Of a stretch of 64,000 bases of DNA, positions 44,700 through 54,213 are shown piece by piece. Position 1 is the first letter of the stretch. Every line of letters starts with the position of its first letter. The notes beneath the pieces are model-generated. The model was not told where the DNA came from, did not search any database, and saw nothing but the letters and a program-made list of their open reading frames with translations. This stretch comes from Methanothrix sp. GTDB lineage: Archaea; Halobacteriota; Methanosarcinia; Methanotrichales; Methanotrichaceae. The stretch covers positions 2,848,001 to 2,912,000 of the forward strand of contig OY821645.1 of NCBI GenBank assembly GCA_963682135.1, written 5' to 3'. The translations under genes were made by a program, and so were the position numbers.

Positions 44700-45542
44700 T
44701 TAAGACCTAAAACCTCCCAGAAGGGAGATAAATAAAGATGATGCAATCAGGTCCGCAGTCGACCCAGGATTTATGTCCTGTGCCAGAAGATCTTTGTCCA
44801 GCTCACGGGCCTTGCCAAGGGTGTCATCCAAGAGAGCCTCTCCGGCTCGCTCTGATACCTTGCGGGCCAGGTTTTCGCCAAATTTAGCGCAAATCAGGCT
44901 GTCGGGTACATCTGCCAGTGCCTCCAGGAAGGTTCTGACTATGCCTTCGTTTTGGCCCCATCGGCTGATTTGCTCATCTAATCTCTTCGCGAGCAAAAAT
45001 GAGCGCTCATAATTGGTGGCCCATTCGCGAGCAACAATGTCGTGCTTGGAGGAGAGCCTCATCAACTCTAACAGAGTCTTGCCGCTCTCGCGAACGGCTT
45101 CTTGCCAGTTCTTGTCATTCAGGCTGAGATAGTCCACTTCGACAACTCTCGCTTTGGCCTCCTCAAAGGCACTGTAAAAGTCGATGGCATCGGTTACCGT
45201 GGTTTCTTCCAGGACATTTGCGAGATCCTCATGCAATTCGTCGTGCTTTCCAGCAGCGATTGCTATGGGAATCATGAGAACCAGAGAGCCAAAGTGAGTG
45301 TTGCTGCTCAAATTCCAGGTCTTCCAGGCCTGCACACCCTCGAGAATAAGCGATCCCACGCCAACATGACCGTTGGCAGCTTTGCGAAAGATGGGATAAG
45401 CGGATACTGCGCTTATCAAGAACTGATTGAAGCCGATATCGGCGAAGTCGTGGCAGCGATCCACATTGCCGGGCTTGGGGCTGGAGGAGAGCTCAAAGAG
45501 CATAGCCAGCACTGCGCACTGGGCCACGCGTTCGGAATTCAT
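44700..45542 (-). CDS. citG: Triphosphoribosyl-dephospho-CoA synthase family
   Basis: PKPGNVDR, NTHFG, PDSLI..KFG, INPGSTADL. Confidence 0.9.
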   Translation of the reverse strand: MNSERVAQCAVLAMLFELSSSPKPGNVDRCHDFADIGFNQFLISAVSAYPIFRKAANGHVGVGSLILEGVQAWKTWNLSSNTHFGSLVLMIPIAIAAGKHDELHEDLANVLEETTVTDAIDFYSAFEEAKARVVEVDYLSLNDKNWQEAVRESGKTLLELMRLSSKHDIVAREWATNYERSFLLAKRLDEQISRWGQNEGIVRTFLEALADVPDSLICAKFGENLARKVSERAGEALLDDTLGKARELDKDLLAQDINPGSTADLIASSLFISLLGGFRS

Positions 45543-45545
45543 AAT

Positions 45546-46529
45546 TTATGAGGAGGATTTGGAGAGAAGCTCTTCCGCCAGCTTCTTTTTCAGCTCCATG
45601 TACTCCTTTGCCGAAAGCCCGATTCTGGCTAGCGCAGCGTCACGCAAATAGCACATCTTGCTCTTCTTGCAGCACCACACGAGACTTCCAAAGCAGGTTC
45701 CATCGCCCTTCTCCAAGGGAGTTCCCTTGGCAAATGCGAGCTTCTTTTGCACAAACTCTTCCGGCGTCATACCTGCCTTCTTCAAGGCCCCATGGACCGG
45801 GCAGCTTTTGACAGGTGGACAGCAGAAGGCCAGGCCGCGCAGGTCGCCGCCCGCGCAGATATGTTTGGGTGCATTGCACCATCCGCTCAGAGAGTCATAC
45901 TCCTGCATGGCTCCTGAGAGCCATTGGGCAAATTCCGGGTCAGCTCCTCGCAAAGATACGACATCTGCGCCCATGGCAAGCAGATTCCTGGCGTCTTCAA
46001 ATTCGCCGATGTCGGCCAGAGCCATGATTACCGGACCTCTACTATCTTTTGCCTTTTTGACCATTTTTGGTCCGGCTCCGTTCAGGCCGCGCAGGTCGAG
46101 GTGGATTATGTCCAACTCGCTCTCATTCAGCTTCTCCAAAAGGGCATTGGATAGGTCTTCCGGCCTGATCCTCAGGGAGAGTGTGACGCCGCAGCGCTTC
46201 AGGCGTGGAATGAGTTCCAGAAGGCGGATGGGGTCGGTGATCTTGGAAAGCCGCAGGTCGAGCAGGCAGAGATTTCTGCTTGCCAGCCGGGCCGCCTCCA
46301 GGAGGGGCTCATCTTGGGAGCAGGTGGCGGACAGTCCAAAGGCTCCTGTTCCTTTCCTGGCATTCCGGCTGATTGTCTCTAAACTGGCCTGCATCTCCTC
46401 GAGAGGAACCTCATCCAGATCGAAGCCCTCCAGCAAGAGCAATCCCGCCGCATCATTAAAGTCGGGCTGGTTATGTGAAGATATAACGGCAATGGGATTG
46501 TCGATATGCAGATATCCTACTTCAAGCAT
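45546..46529 (-). CDS. Methanogenesis marker 9 domain protein (TIM-barrel N-terminus)
   Basis: NAPKHIC.GGDLRGLAFCCPPVK.CP, TCFGSLVWCCK.SK.C..RD. Confidence 0.88.
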   Translation of the reverse strand: MLEVGYLHIDNPIAVISSHNQPDFNDAAGLLLLEGFDLDEVPLEEMQASLETISRNARKGTGAFGLSATCSQDEPLLEAARLASRNLCLLDLRLSKITDPIRLLELIPRLKRCGVTLSLRIRPEDLSNALLEKLNESELDIIHLDLRGLNGAGPKMVKKAKDSRGPVIMALADIGEFEDARNLLAMGADVVSLRGADPEFAQWLSGAMQEYDSLSGWCNAPKHICAGGDLRGLAFCCPPVKSCPVHGALKKAGMTPEEFVQKKLAFAKGTPLEKGDGTCFGSLVWCCKKSKMCYLRDAALARIGLSAKEYMELKKKLAEELLSKSSS

Positions 46530-46676
46530 CGGGATGTAATTTCGTGCATGAAGATATCAGCCTTTCGCTGCTATTATTTTAATCATATTTTATTTATTTG
46601 GTGATTATTATGGCTACTGCCTGGTACTCTGCCATTCTTTATATGCAAGAAAATCCTAAGGCTTTACGATGATATC

Positions 46677-47117
46677 ATGGTGACCTTTAAAGTAGATGCA
46701 GATGCGCGGGCAAAGATCCAGGGATCTGAGGACCTGGAGAAGCACCCCATAGTTGCCAAGGTTAAAGGAACGGGAAAGGATGGGGCTTTGAGCGTGCAGG
46801 TCTCTGGGGAGGATAGCAGTCCCATATCGGCACGGATATCAGGCGATTCCAGGAATCCGGTTGCCGTGGGGCCAATAGAGATTGCACCCATTACCATAGT
46901 TCCAAATCTAGAATCAGTAGCAAAGACCATTGATCTTGGTGCTCTGATCGGCGCATTCACAAAATTGTCTCAGGGGATCAAGGTGGAAGTGGCAAATTCC
47001 GGTGCACCCCTGTCTATCGCTCTCGGTAAAATCCCAGTAGACTTGACGATCTCCGTTTCTTCTCCTGCCTCGGAGATGGTCTTCAAGGTGGAAATCAAAG
47101 GGACTGTAGGTGAATAG
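46677..47117 (+). CDS. Hypothetical protein
   Basis: 146-aa ORF with an upstream TATA (TTTATATGC); beta-rich composition. Confidence 0.65.
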   Translation: MVTFKVDADARAKIQGSEDLEKHPIVAKVKGTGKDGALSVQVSGEDSSPISARISGDSRNPVAVGPIEIAPITIVPNLESVAKTIDLGALIGAFTKLSQGIKVEVANSGAPLSIALGKIPVDLTISVSSPASEMVFKVEIKGTVGE

Positions 47118-47194
47118 AATTATTTTTATATATAATCATGCAGACGCCGCCATGAGGGGCCTATGAGGGGTCTTTTATTCTCCCTGACTGGCTG

Positions 47195-47638
47195 ATGACT
47201 CTGGTGGCGGCCGCCCTTCCCGTCTCCGAGGTTCGAGGTGCCATACCTCTGGCCATAGGCGTCTACGGATACGCGCCCTGGCAAGCCTATCTCTTATCAG
47301 TTTTCGGAAACCTCCTGCCTATAATTCCCCTGCTACTCTTTCTGGGGCCGGTCTCAGATTACATGAGGCGTTTTAGCTGGGGTGACCGTTTCTTTTCCTG
47401 GCTCTTTGCCCGTACTCGCAGAAAATATATCCAGGACCATGAGAATTTTGGGCTGACAGCCCTGGCTATATTCGTGGCCATACCTCTGCCCATGACCGGG
47501 GCCTGGTCGGGATGTGCGGTTGCCTTTTTGCTGGGATTTCGTTTCTGGCCGGCGTTCGCGGCCATCGCGTCAGGTGTTCTCCTCGCCGGAGTCATAGTAA
47601 CCACCGCTGTTGTTGGCGTGCAATTCCTGGTACTCTGA
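47195..47638 (+). CDS. Small multidrug export protein family (COG2426)
   Basis: LP.SEVRGAIP, GNLLP, FVAIPLPMTGAWSG. Confidence 0.9.
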   Translation: MTLVAAALPVSEVRGAIPLAIGVYGYAPWQAYLLSVFGNLLPIIPLLLFLGPVSDYMRRFSWGDRFFSWLFARTRRKYIQDHENFGLTALAIFVAIPLPMTGAWSGCAVAFLLGFRFWPAFAAIASGVLLAGVIVTTAVVGVQFLVL

Positions 47639-47816
47639 GTTGGGCCATTTGGCATCTCTATCTTGATGCAATGTGAACTTGTACGGTTCTCTTATCTGTC
47701 AAAAAATACACAATTACTTATTAAATATCCTCAAAACTTATAATGTATCTAGCATAGCTTATCCAGTATATACTACCAAAAAATATAAATATTATTGACT
47801 CAGACAGTATCTTATA

Positions 47817-48245
47817 ATGAAGACTGTATGGGGTGAGATAATCAAGAAAATTGGCATTATTATGGTGCTGGCTGTGGCTATGCTCTCGGTTCATGTAATG
47901 GCGCAGGGCATCGCCGGCAACGGTGGCGTGGATATCCTTGGAAAAGACGGAGGGATATTTGAGACGGAAGGAACTGCTTTCAAGTTCCCGGAGGCGCAGG
48001 ATACAAACATCGATAACTTGATTGTTGGTGATGATAAGGCTCTGGCTATTGGGAACATCTGGAATAAGAAACCACTCGCTACTGCAACCAACAATCTGGA
48101 GATAAAGAAGAATCAGGATACTGGGAATTGCAGTCCCTGCACCAAAGTCAACATAGATATGATCAAGGCAGGCAATAGGAAGGCTATGGCTATTGGACCG
48201 GCAGATGCAGCCAACTATATCAAGATAGTAACCAATCAGCAGTAG
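47817..48245 (+). CDS. Hypothetical secreted protein
   Basis: Signal peptide; internal repeat NID.L.VG.DKALAIG / NIDMIKAGNRKAMAIG. Confidence 0.7.
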   Translation: MKTVWGEIIKKIGIIMVLAVAMLSVHVMAQGIAGNGGVDILGKDGGIFETEGTAFKFPEAQDTNIDNLIVGDDKALAIGNIWNKKPLATATNNLEIKKNQDTGNCSPCTKVNIDMIKAGNRKAMAIGPADAANYIKIVTNQQ

Positions 48246-48469
48246 TATCATGATTGCTTATCTGATGTGGTTTGGGATCTGACAAAAATAAACCCACCGA
48301 CAGGGTGTTGGTGGGCCCCTCCTAATTTTATGAATCTATTGTGTTGATGACACGGTTCATATACCGCTCAATGGTCGTGCCGGGAATAGTTCTGAAGGAA
48401 TCGAGTTCGTCTGAAACGGCAATCGCTTTGAGTAGTTCATCTTTTCTAATTTTAGCGAATAAGAAAACG

Positions 48470-48541
48470 TGCGGCTGCCGGGATTCGAACCCGGGTTACA
48501 GGCTTGGGAAGCCTATGTCATAACCACTGGACCACAGCCGC
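48470..48541 (-). tRNA. tRNA-Gly(CCC)
   Basis: GCGGCTGTGGTCCAGTGGTTATGACATAGGC-TTCCCAA-GCCTGTAACCCGGGTTCGAATCCCGGCAGCCGCA. Confidence 0.97.
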
Positions 48542-48652
48542 TCCATGACAATGAGATCTTGGTGCTTGGGATATCTGGATTTTGACAGTCTCTCAATCCC
48601 TACAGGCGCAGCTTTGAGCCATTGCGATATTTAAGCCTTTCCGCAACAATAA

Positions 48653-49177
48653 TCATGATCCTGCAGGCTGCAAATATCCTGTTGGCAGGTAATCTGTTGA
48701 GTAGTAGGGAGGGACGTTGTTGTTGTAAGGGAAGCCATAAGATGGGTAAGCATTCGTGTAGACTGGTCTTCTCGTCTTAGGGTCCAGATAATAGTAGATT
48801 GGCATTCCCGTGTAGGGATTTATGTAACCATAGACAGGATATCCTGTATTGGGATCAACGTAGACTCTTCCCAGCCAGCCACTGGTGTAGTTGAGGGACT
48901 TCCAAATGTAATAGGGGTCCGGCAATAAATTTCCATTGACAACTATGCTTCCTTTAGGAGAACTGCCCCACGACCAGAGGTCGTTCTTGAGATTTGTCTC
49001 CGCTGGCTGAGGATTTTGGGCTTTGAAGCTGTTAATCCAGTTCCTGCCAAAATCTCCACCAACGCTTTGCGGGTAACTCATGCTTTGGGCATAGCAGCCC
49101 GCTGCTAATAGGCAAATCGTCAGCGAGATGATTGCTGCAAATGCAGTTCTCATTTCAAATCCCCTTGCTATCAACAA
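48653..49177 (-). CDS. Hypothetical secreted Tyr/Pro-rich protein (LWSWG motif)
   Basis: Signal peptide; DLWSWGSSPKG..V.NG.L; Y.DP.TG.P.Y repeats. Confidence 0.72.
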   Translation of the reverse strand: MLIARGFEMRTAFAAIISLTICLLAAGCYAQSMSYPQSVGGDFGRNWINSFKAQNPQPAETNLKNDLWSWGSSPKGSIVVNGNLLPDPYYIWKSLNYTSGWLGRVYVDPNTGYPVYGYINPYTGMPIYYYLDPKTRRPVYTNAYPSYGFPYNNNVPPYYSTDYLPTGYLQPAGS

Positions 49178-49402
49178 GAACGCAAGCGATAAAAGGCTTT
49201 TGATTAGTCCTATTTGAGCTAAATCCTCTCAGCTTTATGAAAATAGAAAAGATGGGGCGATATCAAGCATCTGGGAGGGATATCCGACTATCGCCCCTAG
49301 TAGGTTCGACGTTCAACGATATATACTATTCGCTTGAGGGCTGGATAGGATTACAAACTGTTATCCCGCTTAACTCTAATTCAGGGTGGCTAAAGGCCAA
49401 TA

Positions 49403-49816
49403 TCATGCCTTTATCCGATGAAGCCTATCAATTTCCGCATTTCCTTTTTTCCCATCCTGCAAATATATCAGCTCAATCTCATCCTCGGAAATGATAGTCC
49501 CAATGTCGTAACCCTCTCTAAATTCAGCGATGTAGAGCTTTTTATTATCCCAATCAATGGCTCCGGCAAAACCTTCAACAACTTCTGTTCCATTCTTATC
49601 CAAGTAGGTCAAATTTCCTGCAAAGAGGTGATCCTTCTGCTCATCGATAGTAGCATTAACGCTCACGGTTTCTGTCCACTTGACAGTTCCGTTTTCGTTA
49701 TACGAACCATTTCCTAAACCCGTCCAGCTCCCTAATAGGTTTGGAACTTCAGCAGTACACATTGCCATGGTCCAGAAGACAAGGATCAACAATGAAAAAC
49801 TCCAAATCTTTTTCAT
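49403..49816 (-). CDS. Hypothetical secreted protein
   Basis: Signal peptide; VPNLLGSWTG; 137 aa. Confidence 0.72.
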   Translation of the reverse strand: MKKIWSFSLLILVFWTMAMCTAEVPNLLGSWTGLGNGSYNENGTVKWTETVSVNATIDEQKDHLFAGNLTYLDKNGTEVVEGFAGAIDWDNKKLYIAEFREGYDIGTIISEDEIELIYLQDGKKGNAEIDRLHRIKA

Positions 49817-49937
49817 GCATGTTTATTAGTGCTCTTCTATTATAAATATTTCCAATGATTTGCAGAAAAGGATTAATATTTTGAGAACCCCACGATTCAA
49901 TGTTTTCTATCACATTTCTCTTACCACCTGAGATTGC

Positions 49938-50258
49938 CTATACCTGAGGAATAGCTGGTGAAATATCGCATAACCCCGGCTTATCGCCATTTGGGACGAG
50001 TTTGTATATCGCTCCATTCAAATCCAGTTCTACGTAGTCACCCATGGGCTTCGCATCGAAGTTGTGAGTCAAGAGAAAGAATGCCAGGTCTTGGGCAGTA
50101 ATTCTTGGATCATCAAATGAGAATATGCGCTCTCTCAACTCTAAGATGTCATTTCCTGATGCAGAGGCTGTATGGAGTAGCCCTGCGAGAATGATGGTCA
50201 GGATAGCGAATATTATCCTCATCTTTGGCTTTATCATTTGTGCCATGCAACTCCCCAT
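49938..50258 (-). CDS. Hypothetical secreted protein
   Basis: Signal peptide; DLAFFLLTH.FDA.P...YV. Confidence 0.65.
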   Translation of the reverse strand: MGSCMAQMIKPKMRIIFAILTIILAGLLHTASASGNDILELRERIFSFDDPRITAQDLAFFLLTHNFDAKPMGDYVELDLNGAIYKLVPNGDKPGLCDISPAIPQV

Positions 50259-50266
50259 AGCCCCAT

Positions 50267-52042
50267 TTACATTGCTCGCATGCTCTCCAAATCGTTCTTT
50301 AAGTCTTCATTCATCCTGGTTTTGTTTAGCCTGCAATTTAGAATATTCTGCAAGCTGAATTTGTCATATTTTATGCCTTCCAGATTAGCGTTACTCAAAT
50401 CAACATTCATCATCATGATCATCGTGAGATTGGCTCTTCTGAGATCTGCACCTCTTAAATTTACATTCTTTAACAGTATCAGTTCCAGCCTGGCATTCCT
50501 TAGATTAGCCGTGCTCAAATTCACATCTTGGATAAGCATAGGACCTTGAAGCATAGCACCTTCTAATTTTGTTGCAGAGAAATTGGAGCCTATTAGATTC
50601 AAACCCTGTAAATTAGCTGAAACCAGAGTTGCTCCGTTCAAGTCAGCACCATTTAGAGCAGTACCGTAAATATTTGCCGAATTTAGATTTGCATCTTTAA
50701 GGGTGGCATTATTGAGGTCGCTATAAGATAGATCCGCATGCCTCAGATCTGAACCGGTCAGATTTGCTCGCATCATATAAGCCCTGGTTAGATCTGCTTC
50801 GCTCAGATCAGAGTTGCTCAGGTTGGTACCGTAGAACTCCACCCTTGATAGCTGGCTTGCAGATAAACGGCTATCACTCAGGTCTGCCCAGCTCATCTTT
50901 GCACTCATGGCAATTGCCCGGTGCATGTTCAGTCCCTTCATATTGCAGCTTACCAGATTGGTTTCAACGAGCCTCATTCCAGTCAGGTCTGCGCCCCTCA
51001 GGTCTGAGTTCTCCATGCATGCACCAGTTGCATCTGCCTCGATGAGCTTTGCATCAACAAGTTTGACCTTGTGCATCTTGCAGTCATTGAGATTAGCATT
51101 GGAAAGATCTGCTCTGCTAAGATTTGCATCTTCCATGCAAACACCGGAGGCATTTACCCGATTCAGTTTGGCTCCCGTGAGGATGGATTCATGCATCTCG
51201 GCATCGGAAAGATCGGCATCTGAAAGATTGGCATATGATAGGTCCGAATGCGAAAAAGAAGATCCCTTGAGGACGGAACCGGAAAGGTCTGCCCCGCTAA
51301 GGTTAGTGCCGGTCAGGTTTGCAAAGATTATATTTGACTTAGAAATATTAGAGTTGATTAATTTTGCTCCATAGAGCCGCGCCTCAGAGATATCTGCGCC
51401 TCTAAGGTCTGCTTCAAATAAATCTGCATTAATCAAGTTAGCTCCAACAAGACTTGCGCCAGAAAGGTCGGCTTTTACCAATGAAGCGTTTCGGAGCATA
51501 GCGCGCCTTGCATATGCATTAACCAGGCTGGCATCTGTCAGATTTGAACCGTTCAGGTCAGAAGCCATCAGATTTGCATTGTCCAACTTTGAGCCTATGA
51601 GATTCGCGTGACTTACAATTGCTTGCTGCAGGTCTGCCCATGTAAGATCTGCATCATTTAAGTTTGTGCCGAAAAGATCGGACAAGACGAGATTGGCTCC
51701 GGTCAGATCTGCCAGAGAGAGATCCGATTCATGAAGACAAATTTCTTCCATGCTGGCTCCGGTCAGATTGGCCTTTTTGAGAGAAGCGCTGCTCATCTCC
51801 GCTCCCATCAAATAAGCTCCACTGAGATTCGCACCATCTAGAACACATCGCTTCATATCGGAACGATTAAGATGAACGGCGGACAGATTCTGATCGCTGA
51901 GCTTTAGGTCGGCCAGCATAGATCCGTCCTGATATGACTGGTGGGGTGATTCGTAATTTCCTATAACTGCAGAGGAAATCGAAAAATAAAAAACAATGAA
52001 CAAACAAATTCCTAGGGCGGATCTCATTACAGGACTATCCAT
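50267..52042 (-). CDS. Secreted pentapeptide-repeat protein
   Basis: ~500 aa of A(N/D)LxX repeats after a hydrophobic N-terminal segment; start moved to MDSPVM. Confidence 0.92.
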   Translation of the reverse strand: MDSPVMRSALGICLFIVFYFSISSAVIGNYESPHQSYQDGSMLADLKLSDQNLSAVHLNRSDMKRCVLDGANLSGAYLMGAEMSSASLKKANLTGASMEEICLHESDLSLADLTGANLVLSDLFGTNLNDADLTWADLQQAIVSHANLIGSKLDNANLMASDLNGSNLTDASLVNAYARRAMLRNASLVKADLSGASLVGANLINADLFEADLRGADISEARLYGAKLINSNISKSNIIFANLTGTNLSGADLSGSVLKGSSFSHSDLSYANLSDADLSDAEMHESILTGAKLNRVNASGVCMEDANLSRADLSNANLNDCKMHKVKLVDAKLIEADATGACMENSDLRGADLTGMRLVETNLVSCNMKGLNMHRAIAMSAKMSWADLSDSRLSASQLSRVEFYGTNLSNSDLSEADLTRAYMMRANLTGSDLRHADLSYSDLNNATLKDANLNSANIYGTALNGADLNGATLVSANLQGLNLIGSNFSATKLEGAMLQGPMLIQDVNLSTANLRNARLELILLKNVNLRGADLRRANLTMIMMMNVDLSNANLEGIKYDKFSLQNILNCRLNKTRMNEDLKNDLESMRAM

Positions 52043-52216
52043 AGCCTTTAATATCTCACAATTCCATAAATAATTGTTGATCCTGTGCAAGTCCCCTGGG
52101 AGAGGCTCGTCCGGCAGTGGCTCCGGGCAAAGCTCACTGCCAGGCAATCAGGCCTTCCGGAAGAACGAGAGGATGCCCGCAGGCGTGGGCAGGCGGGCCC
52201 GGAGGCGTCTAAGGTT

Positions 52217-52489
52217 TCAGTGCTTCTCCTTAAGCTTTATCTCAATCTCAAGCTCATCTTCCTCGTATTCTACTTCAAGCTTGATGGGGGATCGGGGATT
52301 GACAGAGAGAGACACGTTGCCATAGGCCACTTCAACCGTACCTCCGGTTTCAATCTCCGAAGCCAGATCTCTGAGAAATGCGGCTACTTCTGAATTGGTC
52401 AAAGAGAATTTTTGTTTGAACTCCTCAATTCCTGTGCCAGAGCAGAATTTCAGGGAAATTTTTCCTGTCTCACCTAATATTTTAGCCAT
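52217..52489 (-). CDS. Amphi-Trp domain family protein
   Basis: EVAAFLRDLA..IE.G, LEVEYEEDELEIEIKL. Confidence 0.75.
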   Translation of the reverse strand: MAKILGETGKISLKFCSGTGIEEFKQKFSLTNSEVAAFLRDLASEIETGGTVEVAYGNVSLSVNPRSPIKLEVEYEEDELEIEIKLKEKH

Positions 52490-52854
52490 GCTAATCGCGG
52501 AATATGTTTGAGCTTAGTACATAATGAGTTTTGGCCCATGATCATTTTATCTTGGTGGCATGCGTACCGCAATTAGGTTTAAGAACAATACCATCTGATC
52601 TATTGCCAATGGATGAATTAGCGCAGCGGGCGGATATGCAGCTAAACGTAATTGAAAATGCATACTCGATCAGGATTCAAAATAAAGAGGAAATTGTCAG
52701 CCTCCTTTCTAAAAGGCTTCAGGATAAAAGGCAGATCTTACTGGTTTGCACATCTATTAGCTCCTGGATTGCAGGCAGCAACATCAGAGGAGATACAGTC
52801 GTTCCCATCAATATTGTTATGCATTTAATTGAAGCCGCATCTCATTCATCTTAA

Positions 52855-53028
52855 CAGCATTTGCAGAATGAGTGCTTGGGCAGCCCAAAGGCCGGTAGCG
52901 GGAGATATCGCCCGCTTTCAGCCTCGGCTCAGGATCGACGGGGTGCAGATCATTCCGGCAGGAGGGCTCGCCGGGCAGAGGTGCCAGGACATCTTCCTTT
53001 TGCAGGTCGTATTCCTTGGCGATCTCTT
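52855..53028 (-). pseudogene. Fused remnant: Fe-S gene internal fragment (52855-52988) joined to a DUF433 fragment (52983-53028)
   Basis: CAGCCCAAAGGCCGGTAGCGG matches 60892 and 62079; GCCAGGACATCTTC.TTTTGCAGGTC.TATTCCTTG.CGATCTCTT matches 57360. Confidence 0.85.
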
Positions 53029-53168
53029 GATAATGTTAATATAATTTTGATAATCACTCCGTTAACCGAGCTTTGTGATTAATTAATATATGCACACAAA
53101 AATTTTTAAATTGGCAAAATTTAAATTCAAAGAAGTTCTAATAGAATTAGAGGCATAAAGGAGGAAAT

Positions 53169-53384
53169 ATGACAAATGAGACTTTAGAGAAGGCAAAGAC
53201 TGAGATCGAGAAGAAGCTCTCTTATGCAAAGGCCGATGCAGAGAAAGGATTTGCCGATGTAAAGGCTGAAGTGGAGAAGGCGAAAGCTGAGGTAGGCAAG
53301 AGGATGGCCCATGCAAAAGCTGATGTGGATAAGGCGAGAGCTGATGCAAAAGCTGAAGAAAGAACTAAGCAATCGCAAAAATGA
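53169..53384 (+). CDS. Small Ala/Lys/Glu-rich helical repeat protein (LEA-like composition)
   Basis: GGAGG RBS; AKA(D/E)(V/A)(E/D)K repeats. Confidence 0.7.
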   Translation: MTNETLEKAKTEIEKKLSYAKADAEKGFADVKAEVEKAKAEVGKRMAHAKADVDKARADAKAEERTKQSQK

Positions 53385-53699
53385 ATCCGGTAGGAATGGA
53401 TGAGAAGAAATGAATCGGTCAAGGACCCAAATAACTTATTCTCATCTATTCCGATTTTTTGATGCAGTAAAATGAGCAAACCGTGGATGAGAGTGAAATC
53501 GCTTAGCAAAGAATGGCATTATTGACGTGCTGGGTGGCAATTATTAAAAATGTATGCAGTCACTCGACAGCAAATTTATTATCTCTTTTGCTTCCGGCCC
53601 TACTTCGGTCGCCGGGCGTGCGCACGCAGGCGGGCCCGGGAGCGGCAATGCCCGTGCCCAAGGGCGCTTTGCTCACTGCGGGGTTTTTTATGCCATTGC

Positions 53700-54131
53700 G
53701 TGTCTCATGTTTTATGCGAGGGGTTCTATTCCCAGGTAATCATAATATCCGCGCTTGAAGGATTCAAACTCTTTTATGGTCTCATAGGCTTTGTCGTACA
53801 TAAAGGGCGTTTCATCTGCGTAAAGGATCTTGCCCTTCAAGACCTGCATGCGCAAAGGAAGGGGAAGCTGCTGGAAGATCTAATGTCATAGACATCATCA
53901 AAGATCTGATAAGACTTTGAGGCGGAATTCAGGGGCATCGGCATCATCGTAGTATACACAGATATCAATGTCCGAATCCTCCTTCATCCTGCCGACTGAG
54001 GATGAGCCGTAGAGGATGATGAATCTGACTTTGTCGCCACAGAGCGATTTAATTTTCTGGACGGCTCGATCAATTTTCGCATGCATTACCATTGGTTCTC
54101 CTGGGCTCATTGGCTGGTTATCCGCGTTCAA
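53700..54131 (-). pseudogene. Minimal nucleotidyltransferase (MNT antitoxin-type), frameshifted
   Basis: IILYGSS..G....DSDIDICV, then in shifted frames IFQQLPLPLRMQVLKGKILY...YETIKEFESFKRGYYDYLG. Confidence 0.8.
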
Positions 54132-54213
54132 AGGGGAAAAGCTTTTCTGAGAAGTGCATTGGCCAGGTAAAGTTTTAATCTTTAGTGAGATGCTCTCATG
54201 TTGGTGAGCCCAA

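Noticed and set aside
48330-48541. Integrated element at tRNA-Gly
   Set aside because: No duplicated tRNA 3' end and no recognisable integrase were seen. The short open frame after the tRNA is uninformative.
52531-52854. 107-aa ORF next to the array
   Set aside because: TTG start, no RBS or recognisable motif, so coding status cannot be supported.
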